A stretch of DNA of 63,731 bases, the filler included, from Octopus bimaculoides (Eukaryota): assembly GCF_001194135.2 (NCBI RefSeq). It is 9 parts of 8 records of this genome, joined end to end, with 100 filler letters (N's around TTAATTAATTAA, not from the genome) between each part and the next. Parts side by side here need not be neighbours in the genome. Positions count along the whole stretch, not along the records: positions 42,398 to 52,523 come from NW_026424002.1; positions 52,624 to 55,818 come from NC_068981.1; positions 55,919 to 61,039 come from NC_068983.1; positions 61,140 to 62,428 come from NC_069003.1; positions 62,529 to 63,731 come from NC_068991.1; 4 more parts are not named here. One strand, 5' to 3'. How positions within the stretch are numbered: the first letter of the stretch is position 1; every line of letters starts with the position of its first letter. A program made the translations under genes and the position numbers. Shown in pieces: positions 51,978 to 63,731 of this stretch. The notes under the pieces are model-generated. The model did no database searches. It was not told where the DNA came from and saw nothing but the letters and a program-made list of their open reading frames with translations.

Positions 51978-52150
51978 GTGCGCGTGTACTGCTTGTGAGG
52001 TAAGAAGCTTGCTTCTTAACCATATGGTTCCGGGTTCAATCCCCCAGCGTGGCACCTTGGGCATCTATCTTCTACTATAGCCACGGGCCAACCAAAGACT
52101 TGTGAGTGGATTTAGTAGGCGGAAACTGAAAGAAGCCCGTCGTATATATG
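51978..52150 (+). mobile_element. CORE-type SINE 5' half
   Basis: ggtaagaagcttgcttc...ggttccgggttcaatccc...ggcaccttgggca...ggaaactgaaagaagcccgtcg. Confidence 0.85.
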
Positions 52151-52480
52151 AATGACAGAATAGAGACAGCTGATGAAGGGATATTCCAAGTGGCTTTCCG
52201 TTTTCCTATGTGTTCGTTCCGTTGTCTGTAGTTTATTGTTCTAACGTCCTGTACCCTGATATGCATATATATACACATGTAGATGTAAGTATGTACATAT
52301 ATGTGTGTATACATGTATATATATTCTTTGTATTATTATATATATATAGATAGATAGATAGATAGATAGATAGGTAGGTAGGTAGATAGATAGGTAGGTA
52401 TGTAGGTAGGTAGGTAGGTAGGTAGGTAGGTAGGAAGGTAGATAGGTAGGTAGGTATGTAGGTGGACGGACAGATGGTCG

Positions 52481-52523
<43 letters not shown>

Positions 52524-53234
52524 NNNNNNNNNNNNNNNNNNNNNNNNNNNNNNNNNNNNNNNNNNNNTTAATTAATTAANNNNNNNNNNNNNNNNNNNNN
52601 NNNNNNNNNNNNNNNNNNNNNNNTATATATATATATATATATCAAAAGTTAGACAGAGAAGGGAAAAATAGACGAAAACTGGGTGGCGCAAATATAATGG
52701 ACAGAAAAGGGAGACAAAAACATGATACAAGGAACATTTGCAGCTGATTTTTTCATCAGTTGGTTTCCGAGACATCTTAGTGGTTTCATGCTATCTAAAA
52801 CCAAGACCACTGTTATCAACGTGAATGCTAGAACATAGAGTGACAGGAAAAGGCTGACGAATGTGTGCGAAGACAGGACAAAATAACATTGCGTGTACAA
52901 TAAGAAATAATGACAAGAAATAATACGTATACAATAGAAAATGCCTTACGGCTGAACAATAAGTGAAAGGAATAATTATATGTATACAGTACTAAAACAG
53001 TACAATACAATACAGACAGAAAAAGCCTTTTGGGCTATCAAGACAAATGTAGTGAGGTAGAGCAAAGAAATGGAGAAAGTCGTTGACAGATGGAACACAA
53101 TTGTGTCTGGTTTGGCCAGTAGCAGGCTGAAGAAAAATAACACACTTTGACTGTCAAGTGGTAAGACAGGGGAAGAGTGGCGGAGGGACTAATAAATGAG
53201 AGGGGGAAAAAGAGGCAGAAGTGTAAGAAAGAGG

Positions 53235-53269
<35 letters not shown>

Positions 53270-53336
53270 AAGAGGACAGGGTCCAAGGGAGGCAATTATG
53301 GAGGAGAGGAAGAAAGAGCTAAGGGTCACACTATTA

Positions 53337-53853
53337 TCTTCTTAATATAAATTTGAGTGATGTTTCTATGTCCGTTACGTTTTTATGCTCATTAACTTCT
53401 AGACCATTGGTGCAAGGACAATGAAACTCAAACCAGCAACTCTCCTAATTCCAGGGAATGTCCTTAGGAGATCTATTCTTTTAAGGGCTTCCTAATTGGG
53501 GCCCCACTGATCCCCCTATTTTTACTGCATTTTAAACTAAATGCAAGGCATTGGCGATCAAATCGGAGCAATGACAATGAATTTCATACCATGAACTCCC
53601 AGGGAGTATCGTAAGGAAGTTCAATTTCTGAAGGGGTGCTTAAATGGGGCCCCACTGACCCCCTCTATTTTTACTGCGTTTACCTCACTCCTATGCTTAT
53701 TGATTAAAATATGATCAGCATATTTGCGGAAATAAATTTCATTACACAAGAGCAGAGGGCCGCGAAGTGGCCTGGTAGTGGGGCCGAAGGCCTCAAAGGT
53801 GCCCTCTGTAGGAACCAGCCTGAATGCCACCTGAAGGGTGGCTTCAAGGCTAG
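53337..53853 (+). mobile_element. Non-autonomous Helitron (517 bp)
   Basis: A|TCttcttaatataaa at 53337; hairpin gccacc-tgaag-ggtggc (53826-53842); CTAG|T at 53850-53853. An internal duplication of ggggccccactga..ctatttttactgc occurs at about 53498 and 53646. Confidence 0.85.
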
Positions 53854-54036
53854 TGTATATATATATATATATATATATATATTTGCAATAATTATAATGA
53901 TAGAGAATATAGAGACTGACACATTCTCAAAATTTATTTCCTTTTATTTTGCAATGTCATACAGCATGTTTTTATGGTTACGATGACCTACACATGTTTC
54001 CAATGCCCAGAGTATGAGCATTGGCTCTGTCTCTCT

Positions 54037-54510
54037 ATCATCATCATTATCATCATCGTTTAACGTCCGCTTTCCATGCTAGCATGGGTTGGACGATTTG
54101 ACTGAGGACTGGTGAAACCAGATGGCTACACCAGGCTCCAATCTGATTTGGCAGAGTTTCTACAGCTGGATGCCCTTCCTAATGCCAACCACTCCGAGAG
54201 TGTAGTGGGTGCTTTTATGTGACACTGACACGAAGGCCAGTCAGGCGGTACTGCACTGGCACGAAGGCCAGTCAGGTGGTACTGGCAACGGCCACGCTCA
54301 GAATGGTGTATTTTACGTGTCACCTGCACAGGAGCCAATCCAGCGGCACTGGCAACGGTCTCACTCGAATGACTCTTCATGTGCCAGGAATGCGAAGCTG
54401 CGGCACAAGTGCCAGGAACGCAAAGCTGCGGCACAAGTGCCAGGAACGTGAAGCTGCGGCACAAGTGCCAGGAAGGCGACGCTGGTAACGATCACACTTG
54501 AATGGTGGTG
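54037..54510 (-). mobile_element. RTE-family 3' UTR/tail with internal 31-bp and 28-bp tandem repeats
   Basis: (TCA)n tail plus gtttaacgtccgctttccatgctagcatgggttggacg; 31-bp duplication at 54225/54256; 28-bp units at 54381, 54409, 54437 and a partial at 54465. Confidence 0.85.
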
Positions 54511-54847
54511 CCATCACGATTTCGCTTTATACATATATATATATATATATATATAGTAGAAAGGACTATAATAGTAATAATAATAATTGTCATTATTATT
54601 ATTATTGTTGTTATTGTTGCTCTTGTTGTTTGGTTGTTACATAATATTTAATTATGCTTCCCATCATACCACAACCTGTGGTTTAAAATGAGAAGCATTT
54701 CTAATTCATTTCAAATCCTATCAATTTATTTGCCAATAATTCAATAGATAACACCACAACCTGTCTCTCTCTTTCTTTGTCACAATCAAATGGAGGGTCA
54801 GAATCCAAATCATAAAATTCAACATTTCTCACAACAGTTGACCTTTG

Positions 54848-55320
54848 GTAATGATGATGATGATGACGATGATGGTGATGATGGTGATGGTGGTGGTGGT
54901 GATGATGATGATGATGATGATGATATTGATGATGGTGGCAGTAGTGGTGGAGTTGGTGGTGGTGGTGGTGGTGGTGGTGGTAGGAGTGGTGATGATGTTA
55001 ATGATGAGGATGCACTACTGCTACTGTTGATGATGATGATGATGGTGGTAGTGGTGGTGGTGGTTGAGGTGGTGGTGGTGGTGGTGATGATGATGGTGGT
55101 GGTGGGAGTGGCGATGGCAATGTTGATGATGATGAGGATGATGCTGATGGTGATGATGGTGGTGGAGGTGGTGGTGGTAGTGACGATAACAAAAAGATGG
55201 AGGTGGAGGAGAAGAATGGTGACCCCTATAACCATGATGAGAAATGAGGAAAGGGGAGTGGATGACGACACCGACGACAGATGATGGTGATGATGATGAC
55301 GATGATGATGACAGTGGTAG
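54848..55320. repeat. Degenerate (GAT/GGT)n triplet array
   Basis: Direct inspection. Confidence 0.9.
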
Positions 55321-55579
55321 TGAAAACAAGGATGACAACAGACGGTGATAAGGTTGATCTAAAATTAGGATGTTATGAAGGCATAGAACAAAACTAAAAG
55401 GTGTAATAAAACATGGCAGAAAATATTCTTACTATTATTTCTTCTTGTTTGTCAGACAATATCAGAATTTTATTCATAATATCTCCAAGACTCTTCAACA
55501 ATGACGCATTCTGTAATGAAAGATGGCATAGACTTGAAAAAGAAAAGTAAAAACAAAAGAAAAAGACAACGACGACGAC

Positions 55580-55701
55580 AATGGTGATGATGATAATGAT
55601 GATGGTGATGATGATGATGGTGGTGATGATGATGATGATGATGGTGGTGATGATGGTGATGATGGTGATGGTGATAATTATGATGGTGATGATGATGATG
55701 G

Positions 55702-55736
<35 letters not shown>

Positions 55737-55785
55737 GTGATGATGGTGATGATGGTGATAATTATGATGGTGATGATGATGATGG

Positions 55786-55818
<33 letters not shown>
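55580..55818. repeat. (GAT/GGT)n array with 84-bp higher-order duplication
   Basis: gtgataatta recurs at 55671 and 55755. Confidence 0.85.
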
Positions 55819-55924
55819 NNNNNNNNNNNNNNNNNNNNNNNNNNNNNNNNNNNNNNNNNNNNTTAATTAATTAANNNNNNNNNNNNNNNNNNNNNNNNNN
55901 NNNNNNNNNNNNNNNNNNACATGT

Positions 55925-56082
55925 ATATTTCAGTTTCTGTCTACCAAATCCACTCACAAGCCTTTGGTTGGCTTGCGGCTGTAGTAGAAGACACTTGCCC
56001 AAGATGCCACGCAGTGGGAGTGAACCTGGAACCATGTAGTTGGGAGGCAAGCTTCTTTCCACACAGCCACTCCTGCACCTAT
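55925..56082 (-). mobile_element. CORE-type SINE 5' half
   Basis: Homologous to 1815-1970, ending ccacacagccactcctgcacct. Confidence 0.88.
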
Positions 56083-56416
56083 ATATACCTAAAATAACAT
56101 GATATATAATACCAGGTGTGTGTGTTTTGTATCATTCCATATACACGTTCTCCTGCTTTCTTATCTCTTCAATTACTCTTTTTACTTTGTTCAATAAGGC
56201 AAGGAACCCCTCCTGCAACTTTTTTTTTTTTTAGGGTGGACACGAGTAGAGACCCCCTTTTTATGATTGAAACCATCTTCTTTACATCTTGGGAAAAACA
56301 AGAACCCAATTAATATTGAGATGAGAACTTAACATTGGAGTCCACACGGATAGAAATTCTACAGAATAAGCAGTGTGTCTGGGTGAATAGATATATGCTG
56401 GCTATAATATAACACA

Positions 56417-56470
<54 letters not shown>

Positions 56471-56814
56471 TGTATACATACAAATATATGTATATACATG
56501 TATATAGATATCTATATACATATCTATATGCATNNNNNNNNNNATATCTATATACATATCTATATGCATACACATACATATCTTTATACATACACATATC
56601 TATATATATATATACATATATTTATATTCATACACATATCTCTCTCTCCATATATATATATACACACACACATATATTTCCATATACACATATACCTAAA
56701 CACACAAATATATATCTCTGTAATACATACATATATATATATATACACATACATATATATATATATGTACACATGCACACATATATCAATAATAATCACA
56801 CACACACACACACA

Positions 56815-56851
<37 letters not shown>

Positions 56852-57429
56852 GTGTTTGTGTGTGTGTAGTTAGTAATATATTTAAATGTAAGAACATCCA
56901 CAGATGAAAATTATATACACAGACATTGCAATATACTTCCTATAATTGTCCTCCTATACACACTCACACACACCTTTCTATGTTTACATCGATACAAGTT
57001 TAGGAGTTGTTTGGAGAGAAAGCATAAATAAATTCAACATACACTGGCTATTATATATAATTTCATTAGCGTATATATTATTATACACCACTTATGTTTC
57101 ATTATTTCTTTAAATAAATATTTTCCTCTAGAATTTAAATTGTTGTTTCACACTCACGCGTGCCTGAATGTTTTAAAATATGTTGACTTTATTTAGAATT
57201 TTTTGAATTCTTTGCTTAAAGAAATGGTTGCTTTCTAATAAGGAACCAAAGCTCTGTCATTAGAATTTCACAAACAGTAAAATCTTTTAAATTAAATATT
57301 AAGAAAACCTTGCTGAAGTTCCACTGTGCTGTTTGCAGACTGGGTTTTTGTAGAATATCTGAGAAATGGTCATTTATTATTTTTTTTTGCTCTGTCTGGA
57401 AATTCCAGATATTTGAGGCCCCCGTTGTT

Positions 57430-57610
57430 TTACCTTTGTATGTTGTGGTGCCGCCCATGCTGGGGCACCACCTTGAAGGGTTTAAGTCAAACGTATCAAT
57501 CCCAACACTTATTTTATCAGTGTGTTTTGTCGGACTGTTAAATTACAGGGAGGAGGGGTAAACAGACCAACATTGATTGCCATGTGAGGTAGAGGACAAA
57601 CACATACAGC
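57430..57610 (-). mobile_element. CORE-type SINE 3' half (degenerate)
   Basis: gcccatgctggggcaccaccttgaagggtttaagtcaaac. Confidence 0.6.
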
Positions 57611-57739
57611 TATCAATTTGTCTATCTATTGACCTATCGGTCTATCTATCTATCTACCTATCTGTCTGTCACTATCGAGCTATCTGTCTATCTATCTGTC
57701 TCTATCTGTCTATCAATCTATCTAACTATCTATATCTAA

Positions 57740-57898
57740 GTACCCGAGTGTCTATGTGGTAAGTAGCTTGCTTATCAGCCACATGGTTCCGGCTTCAGTC
57801 CCACTGCATGGCACCTTGGGCAAGTGTTTTCTACTATGGCTTCACGCCGACCAAAGCCTTGTGACTGAATTTGGTAGACGGAAACTGAAAGAAGCCCG

Positions 57899-57901
<3 letters not shown>
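57740..57901 (+). mobile_element. CORE-type SINE 5' half
   Basis: gtggtaagtagcttgctt...ggcaccttgggcaagtgttttctactatgg...ggaaactgaaagaagcccgtc. Confidence 0.88.
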
Positions 57902-57932
<31 letters not shown>

Positions 57933-58758
57933 NNNNNNNNNNNNNNNNNNNNNNNNNNNNNNNNNNNNNNNNNNNNNNNNNNNNNNNNNNNNNNNNNNNN
58001 NNNNNNNNNNNNNNNNNNNNNNNNNNNNNNNNNNNNNNNNNNNNNNNNNNNNNNNNNNNNNNNNNNNNNNNNNNNNNNNNNNNNNNNNNNNNNNNNNNNN
58101 NNNNNNNNNNNNNNNNNNNNNNNNNNNNNNNNNNNNNNNNNNNNNNNNNNNNNNNNNNNNNNNNNNNNNNNNNNNNNNNNNNNNNNNNNNNNNNNNNNNN
58201 NNNNNNNNNNNNNNNNNNNNNNNNNNNNNNNNNNNNNNNNNNNNNNNNNNNNNNNNNNNNNNNNNNNNNNNNNNNNNNNNNNNNNNNNNNNNNNNNNNNN
58301 NNNNNNNNNNNNNNNNNNNNNNNNNNNNNNNNNNNNNNNNNNNNNNNNNNNNNNNNNNNNNNNNNNNNNNNNNNNNNNNNNNNNNNNNNNNNNNNNNNNN
58401 NNNNNNNNNNNNNNNNNNNNNNNNNNNNNNNNNNNNNNNNNNNNNNNNNNNNNNNNNNNNNNNNNNNNNNNNNNNNNNNNNNNNNNNNNNNNNNNNNNNN
58501 NNNNNNNNNNNNNNNNNNNNNNNNNNNNNNNNNNNNNNNNNNNNNNNNNNNNNNNNNNNNNNNNNNNNNNNNNNNNNNNNNNNNNNNNNNNNNNNNNNNN
58601 NNNNNNNNNNNNNNNNNNNNNNNNNNNNNNNNNNNNNNNNNNNNNNNNNNNNNNNNNNNNNNNNNNNNNNNNNNNNNNNNNNNNNNNNNNNNNNNNNNNN
58701 NNNNNNNNNNNNNNNNNNNNNNNNNNNNNNNNNNNNNNNNNNNNNNNNNNNNNNNNNN

Positions 58759-58792
<34 letters not shown>

Positions 58793-58795
<3 letters not shown>

Positions 58796-58887
58796 TCGTC
58801 GTCGTCATTTAATGTTCACTTTCCATGCAGGCATGGGTTAGACAGTTTGACTGAGGACTGGCAAGCCAGAAGGCTGTACCAGGCTCC
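58793..58887 (-). mobile_element. RTE 3' tail fragment
   Basis: tttaatgttcactttccatgcaggcatgggttagacagtttgactgaggactgg; homologous to 54058-54140. Confidence 0.8.
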
Positions 58888-60380
58888 TATCTATCTATCT
58901 ATCTATATACACACACACGTATATGCATGTGTATGTGTATTTATATGTAAATATATATGCATTTATACAGAGAAAGATATCTATGAATACATATCTACAC
59001 AATAACACATACATGTATGTATACATGCATACATACATACTTACATAAGTGTTCTGTCATACAAATAAAAATACATATCCACACACCTATATACATACAA
59101 TTGCAAATATATATATATATATATATACATACATACATGTGCACACACACACATGCATGAAATGTACCACAAAACAGATGCTGTACTTTATTTCTTTCTA
59201 ATCTGATTCCGTTATACATTTTTTGAAGCATCGTCTATGTCCATGTGACACATGATATAAACAAATAATAATAATAACAACAACAATAATAATAATCACA
59301 AACATCACCACCATTATTGTTAGTTAGATAGATGATGGCCTTGTCTACCTTAGCTCTACTTCTATTATGCATTTCTCTGCCAGAAACTTTTTTTTTTTTC
59401 TACTCAACATATACACTCCATTTTTTTTACCAAGTTCACATACATATATACATATATATATATATACATGTATGTATGTAGAGATATATGTATATATATG
59501 CATATGCTTCATATGCTCAGCTGGGATATGATATTTGCCTAACACCTCCTGCAGTGCCCCTATCCACATGATGTGAAGAAGTCTTCAGCATTGACAGGCA
59601 AAAAAAGCCAAAAAGAACCAAAAAACAAAAAAAAAACAAAGAACCTATCTTCAACTTCACTCTTCATCATATTGGTTTTCTTTTTTGCTTCAGTGACACA
59701 AACTCACACACCCACATACACAGAGGCATGTGTACTCACACACACACATCAAAACTTCGTTATTGGCACTGTCTCATTTTCTTCCCCACCTCCGCTTATA
59801 TATATATATATATATAATACCTACATAAATGCATGCACACACACATACATACACATATACTTAGTGTATATACCACCACTATCATTTTCATGTATATATA
59901 CATGAATGTGTGTGCGTGTATATGTATATATATGTATGTAAATATGTGTATGCATGTGTGTATATATGTAGAAATATATACATAAATGTATAAATATGTA
60001 TATCTAGCTACCTACCTAAGATATATATATATATATATATATAAAATGTACTTTCTGTATAAATACATACATATGTATGTGTTTTCATGGATTGTTTTAT
60101 ACAGAATTTTGTCTATTCTATGTTTGTTTCTTTCTCAATCTAATTCATTTAGCCCCGTCCTCCATCCCTACTTATCTCACTCTCACCCCCCCCCCCCNNN
60201 NNNNNNNNNNNNNNNNNNNNNNNNNNNNNNNNNNNNNNNNNNNNNNNNNNNNNNNNNNNNNNNNNNNNNNNNNNNNNNNNNNNNNNNNNNNNNNNNNNNN
60301 NNNNNNNNNNNNNNNNNNNNNNNNNNNNNNNNNNNNNNNNNNNNNNNNNNNNNNNNNNNNNNNNNNNNNNNNNNNNNNNN

Positions 60381-60411
<31 letters not shown>

Positions 60412-61246
60412 TAGTGTGTTTATTTTTGTAGACGTAAGTATGTATAAGTTACAATGCTACAAAACAAAAAATAAGAAGAGAGAGAGAAGGGAGAATTATT
60501 CCAGAGAAGTAAAATAAAAAAAAAACCAACAAAATGTGGATTCGAGGATTGAAGGCAAACAAACAAACAAACAAACTAACTAACTAACAAACACAACAAA
60601 AGAAGAAAAATCTGTAAAAATAAATCCCCAAAAAAATGGTAGAGACGGAACCAAGGAGAGTGATGACTTTCTTCTGTCATGAAATGAACAGCTTGCCCTA
60701 AGTTTTCACATTCTGGGAGTTCTTCAAAGAATTATAATGTTGGGTCAAACTGAACCGAAGCCAAAACTCACTCGCTCAGAGAGACACACACACAAACACA
60801 CACACACACACACATGGCATTGCATACTTAGATATATCCTTCTATGCGAGCATACGCACTTGTATTTAATATGTGTGTGTGTGTATGTGTGTGTTTTTAT
60901 AGGGATTCATCTGCTAAAAGTCAGGTAGATAGATGACAAGTAAGCGCAAAGATAACAGGATGATGCGCAGTTGTAGTTTTTTTTTTACTGGGTATTACGT
61001 TGTATTATTGATATGCATATATATATATATATATATATANNNNNNNNNNNNNNNNNNNNNNNNNNNNNNNNNNNNNNNNNNNNTTAATTAATTAANNNNN
61101 NNNNNNNNNNNNNNNNNNNNNNNNNNNNNNNNNNNNNNNAATATAGATTCTGACTATTTTTATCTTGGGAAAGGATAAAATTTGGTTTTTCAGTGGAGGA
61201 AGAAGTTAGACATCACTTAAACATTATTATCTTTCATCATTTCTGT

Positions 61247-61283
<37 letters not shown>

Positions 61284-61430
61284 ATGTATATACATATATA
61301 TTTGACGCATAGTGAGGGATGATAGTGTAAATAACACTGCTTTACAGGTGCGGAACCAATAACGGCTCTATGACTAGTCATAACTTCGAACTTCCTAACA
61401 AAACTGCATTATTGTTTTAAAGCTTTAAAG

Positions 61431-61505
61431 CAAAGGTTTCTAAAGTAGGTACTACCTCCTGCCCCCTGGTGGGCGTTGAGACAGTCCAGGTGGGCGTTAA
61501 TGCCT
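61431..61505 (+). mobile_element. Possible hAT-type MITE terminus
   Basis: caaaggtttctaaagtaggtactacc..gccccctggtgggcgttg resembles CAGTGGTTCCCAAA..GCCCCCTGG hAT ends. No matching second end was seen. Confidence 0.3.
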
Positions 61506-61649
61506 AGGGAGGTGGTAGTAGAGGGGAGGGGTAAAGAAAAAAGGGGCGTTGGGAGGAAGGCAGTGAATAGGAAGATGTTTTGAATTTATTATATTGTTAT
61601 AGCATTGTATACAAATTATATATTATATTAAATACCAAATTATTCATAG

Positions 61650-61693
<44 letters not shown>

Positions 61694-61761
61694 TTAGTAA
61701 AACATAAAATATTTATTTATACATGAAAATAGGGTGTGCTTCTCTGTCGGATAGATGAACT

Positions 61762-61763
61762 AG

Positions 61764-61854
<91 letters not shown>

Positions 61855-61871
61855 GATGGTGATGCTGATGG

Positions 61872-61908
<37 letters not shown>
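61762..61908. repeat. (GAT)n microsatellite
   Basis: Direct inspection. Confidence 0.95.
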
Positions 61909-61909
<1 letters not shown>

Positions 61910-62750
61910 TGTATGTGTATGTGTGTGTGCATGTGTGGACAGATAGTTTCAAGCATTTTCAATTGTTATCCATACATCAGCCAAATATAGCACCTACTTA
62001 TAAATTAGGAATACTGAAATAAACAGATTGGCCTGAAAGGGACACAGCTTGGATTTTAACCGTATCCGCATCATTTAGGATTTTTCTTTATAAAAAGTCA
62101 AAAGTAAAAAGAGCCAAAAGGAAGAGTAAGTACAGTTAGGCGGCTTTTTAATCACTACAAATGTTTCGAAAAGAATACTACTGGCTATTTGGGAATTCGA
62201 AGGGTGAACGAGCTCTATTTGGACTCTTATACGTTCTTAACAGAACACACCTCAACGGATTTTCTTCATATGTTCTTTGACTTTAAATATTTCACCTTCT
62301 CGTTACCAAATGTAGGGAGTAAAAAATTTAAGCAACATTTCTATGTAGACTGGTTGCAGATGTGAGAATGACTATACTGTTGTAATTCATATTTCTGTTG
62401 GACGAGAGTTGTTGTACCAAATGCCAAGNNNNNNNNNNNNNNNNNNNNNNNNNNNNNNNNNNNNNNNNNNNNTTAATTAATTAANNNNNNNNNNNNNNNN
62501 NNNNNNNNNNNNNNNNNNNNNNNNNNNNGGACATCGCTTTAATAGCCGCCATTATAAGTGTTATTTCTAGTTCCTGTTTTTATTGTTGCTGTTGTTGTTT
62601 TTGCTGTTATATTTTAGAGGAGGAGGAGGAGGAGGAAGGGGGACGAGGAGGAGGGGGACGAGAAGGAGGGGGACGAGGAGGAGGAGGAGGAGGGCAATAC
62701 CCATGAACTTTACCAGGCTCGTTCAGACTGATGAGCTCGGAGTCTAGACT

Positions 62751-63334
62751 GGGGAAATCGATGGATGAACTGGTGCGATCAATAACTAGACTTGGTAAGA
62801 TGAATAACATTGCAGGTAATCACAATGATTACATTGGTGAGATCGATGACCAGACGTGGGAGATCAATAACAAGACTAGAAAAATCGATAATAATAAAGG
62901 TGATCTCAGTGATTATATGAATGTGATCGATGACCAGACAGGTGAGATTAATGGCAAGGCTGTGAGATCGATGGCCAGACTTGAGAAATCGATTGACAGA
63001 GAGGTTAAATCAATAACTGAATTGAAGAAATCGATTTACCAGATAAGTAAGATCGATACTAGACTGGCCAAATCAATTGCTGGGACAGGTGAGATCGATA
63101 GAAAGGCCAATCAAATCGATTACCAAAGAAGTGGAATCAATAACAAGGATGTTGAAATCGATGACAAGCGAGATCAATAACCAGTCCAGAAAAATCGATG
63201 ATCAGACAAGTAAGATCAATAAGAAGGATTGTGAGATCGAGAACCACACACGTGAGATCAATCACCGAACTGGAAAAATCCATGACCAGGCAGGTGAAAT
63301 CAATAGCATGACCGGTAAGATTCAGATATACACT
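62751..63334 (+). repeat. 21-bp degenerate tandem repeat, about 28 units (heptad G-E-I-D/N-D/N-Q-T when read in frame)
   Basis: The atcgat/atcaat core recurs every ~21 nt; consensus ggtgagatcgatgaccagact. Small indels and stops are present. Confidence 0.88.
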
Positions 63335-63399
63335 TCCGGTTTCGATTTTATAACCAACACGCCAATGTTATCGATTTCGAATTTGGAAGTACTTTTCTT

Positions 63400-63560
63400 C
63401 CACTTATTTCAGTCATTGGGTAGCGGCCATGCTTGAGGAGTTTTACTCGAAGGTACTTATTTCATCGGTCCTTTAGGTTGAACCGCAAAGTTACAAAGCC
63501 ATAAACAAAACCGACACCGGTTGTCAAGAAGTGGGAGAGAACACACACACTCACACACGC
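63400..63560 (-). mobile_element. CORE-type SINE 3' half
   Basis: tttcagtcattgggtagcggccatgc...gaaccgcaaagttac...caccggttgtcaag. Confidence 0.7.
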
Positions 63561-63731
63561 AAACATACACACACACACGCACACAATTAAATATAAATAT
63601 CGTCTACGTTTTGTTTGCAATGTCCTGTACCCAGATATCCACCTATACATACAGGTGGATGTCGGTACGCACATACCTGTACGTATATATGCATATACTC
63701 ATTTACTATTTTTTTTTACATGACTGAACGC

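Noticed and set aside
54790-55338. Poly-D/G/V/M/S/H ORFs in several frames on both strands
   Set aside because: Degenerate (GAT/GGT)n is open in most frames; no unique coding sequence or splice evidence.
62720-62770. CTGATGA ... GAAAT just before the 21-bp array, with gttca/tgaac flanks, resembling a hammerhead
   Set aside because: No closing pair at the base of stem II, the cleavage position would be G, and stem I is mismatched next to the core.

Overview
AT-rich eukaryotic scaffold window with many N gaps and dense microsatellites. The SINE and LINE families look like those of octopus (coleoid cephalopod); this is inferred from recognising the repeats, not from a search. No intact host protein-coding gene, tRNA, rRNA or CRISPR array can be supported, and most of the ORF track is translated microsatellite or gap. 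The window is largely decayed transposable elements: tRNA-derived CORE-type and Meta-domain SINEs, RTE, CR1-like and L1/Tx1 LINE fragments, R4/Dong-like and HERO-like REL-endonuclease fragments, a Ty3/Gypsy element with one LTR, two non-autonomous Helitrons, Tc1/mariner remnants and MITEs. Most notable observations: (1) a minimal type I hammerhead ribozyme (2411-2460) in a Penelope-like repeat, with a decayed second copy; (2) a Gypsy leader lacking a tRNA primer-binding site that can instead pair with its own LTR; (3) about 28 copies of a 21-bp unit that reads as a decayed GEIDDQT heptad protein; (4) a 272-bp fold-back hairpin; (5) two Dong-like subfamilies associated with different microsatellites. 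Boundaries of degraded elements are approximate.
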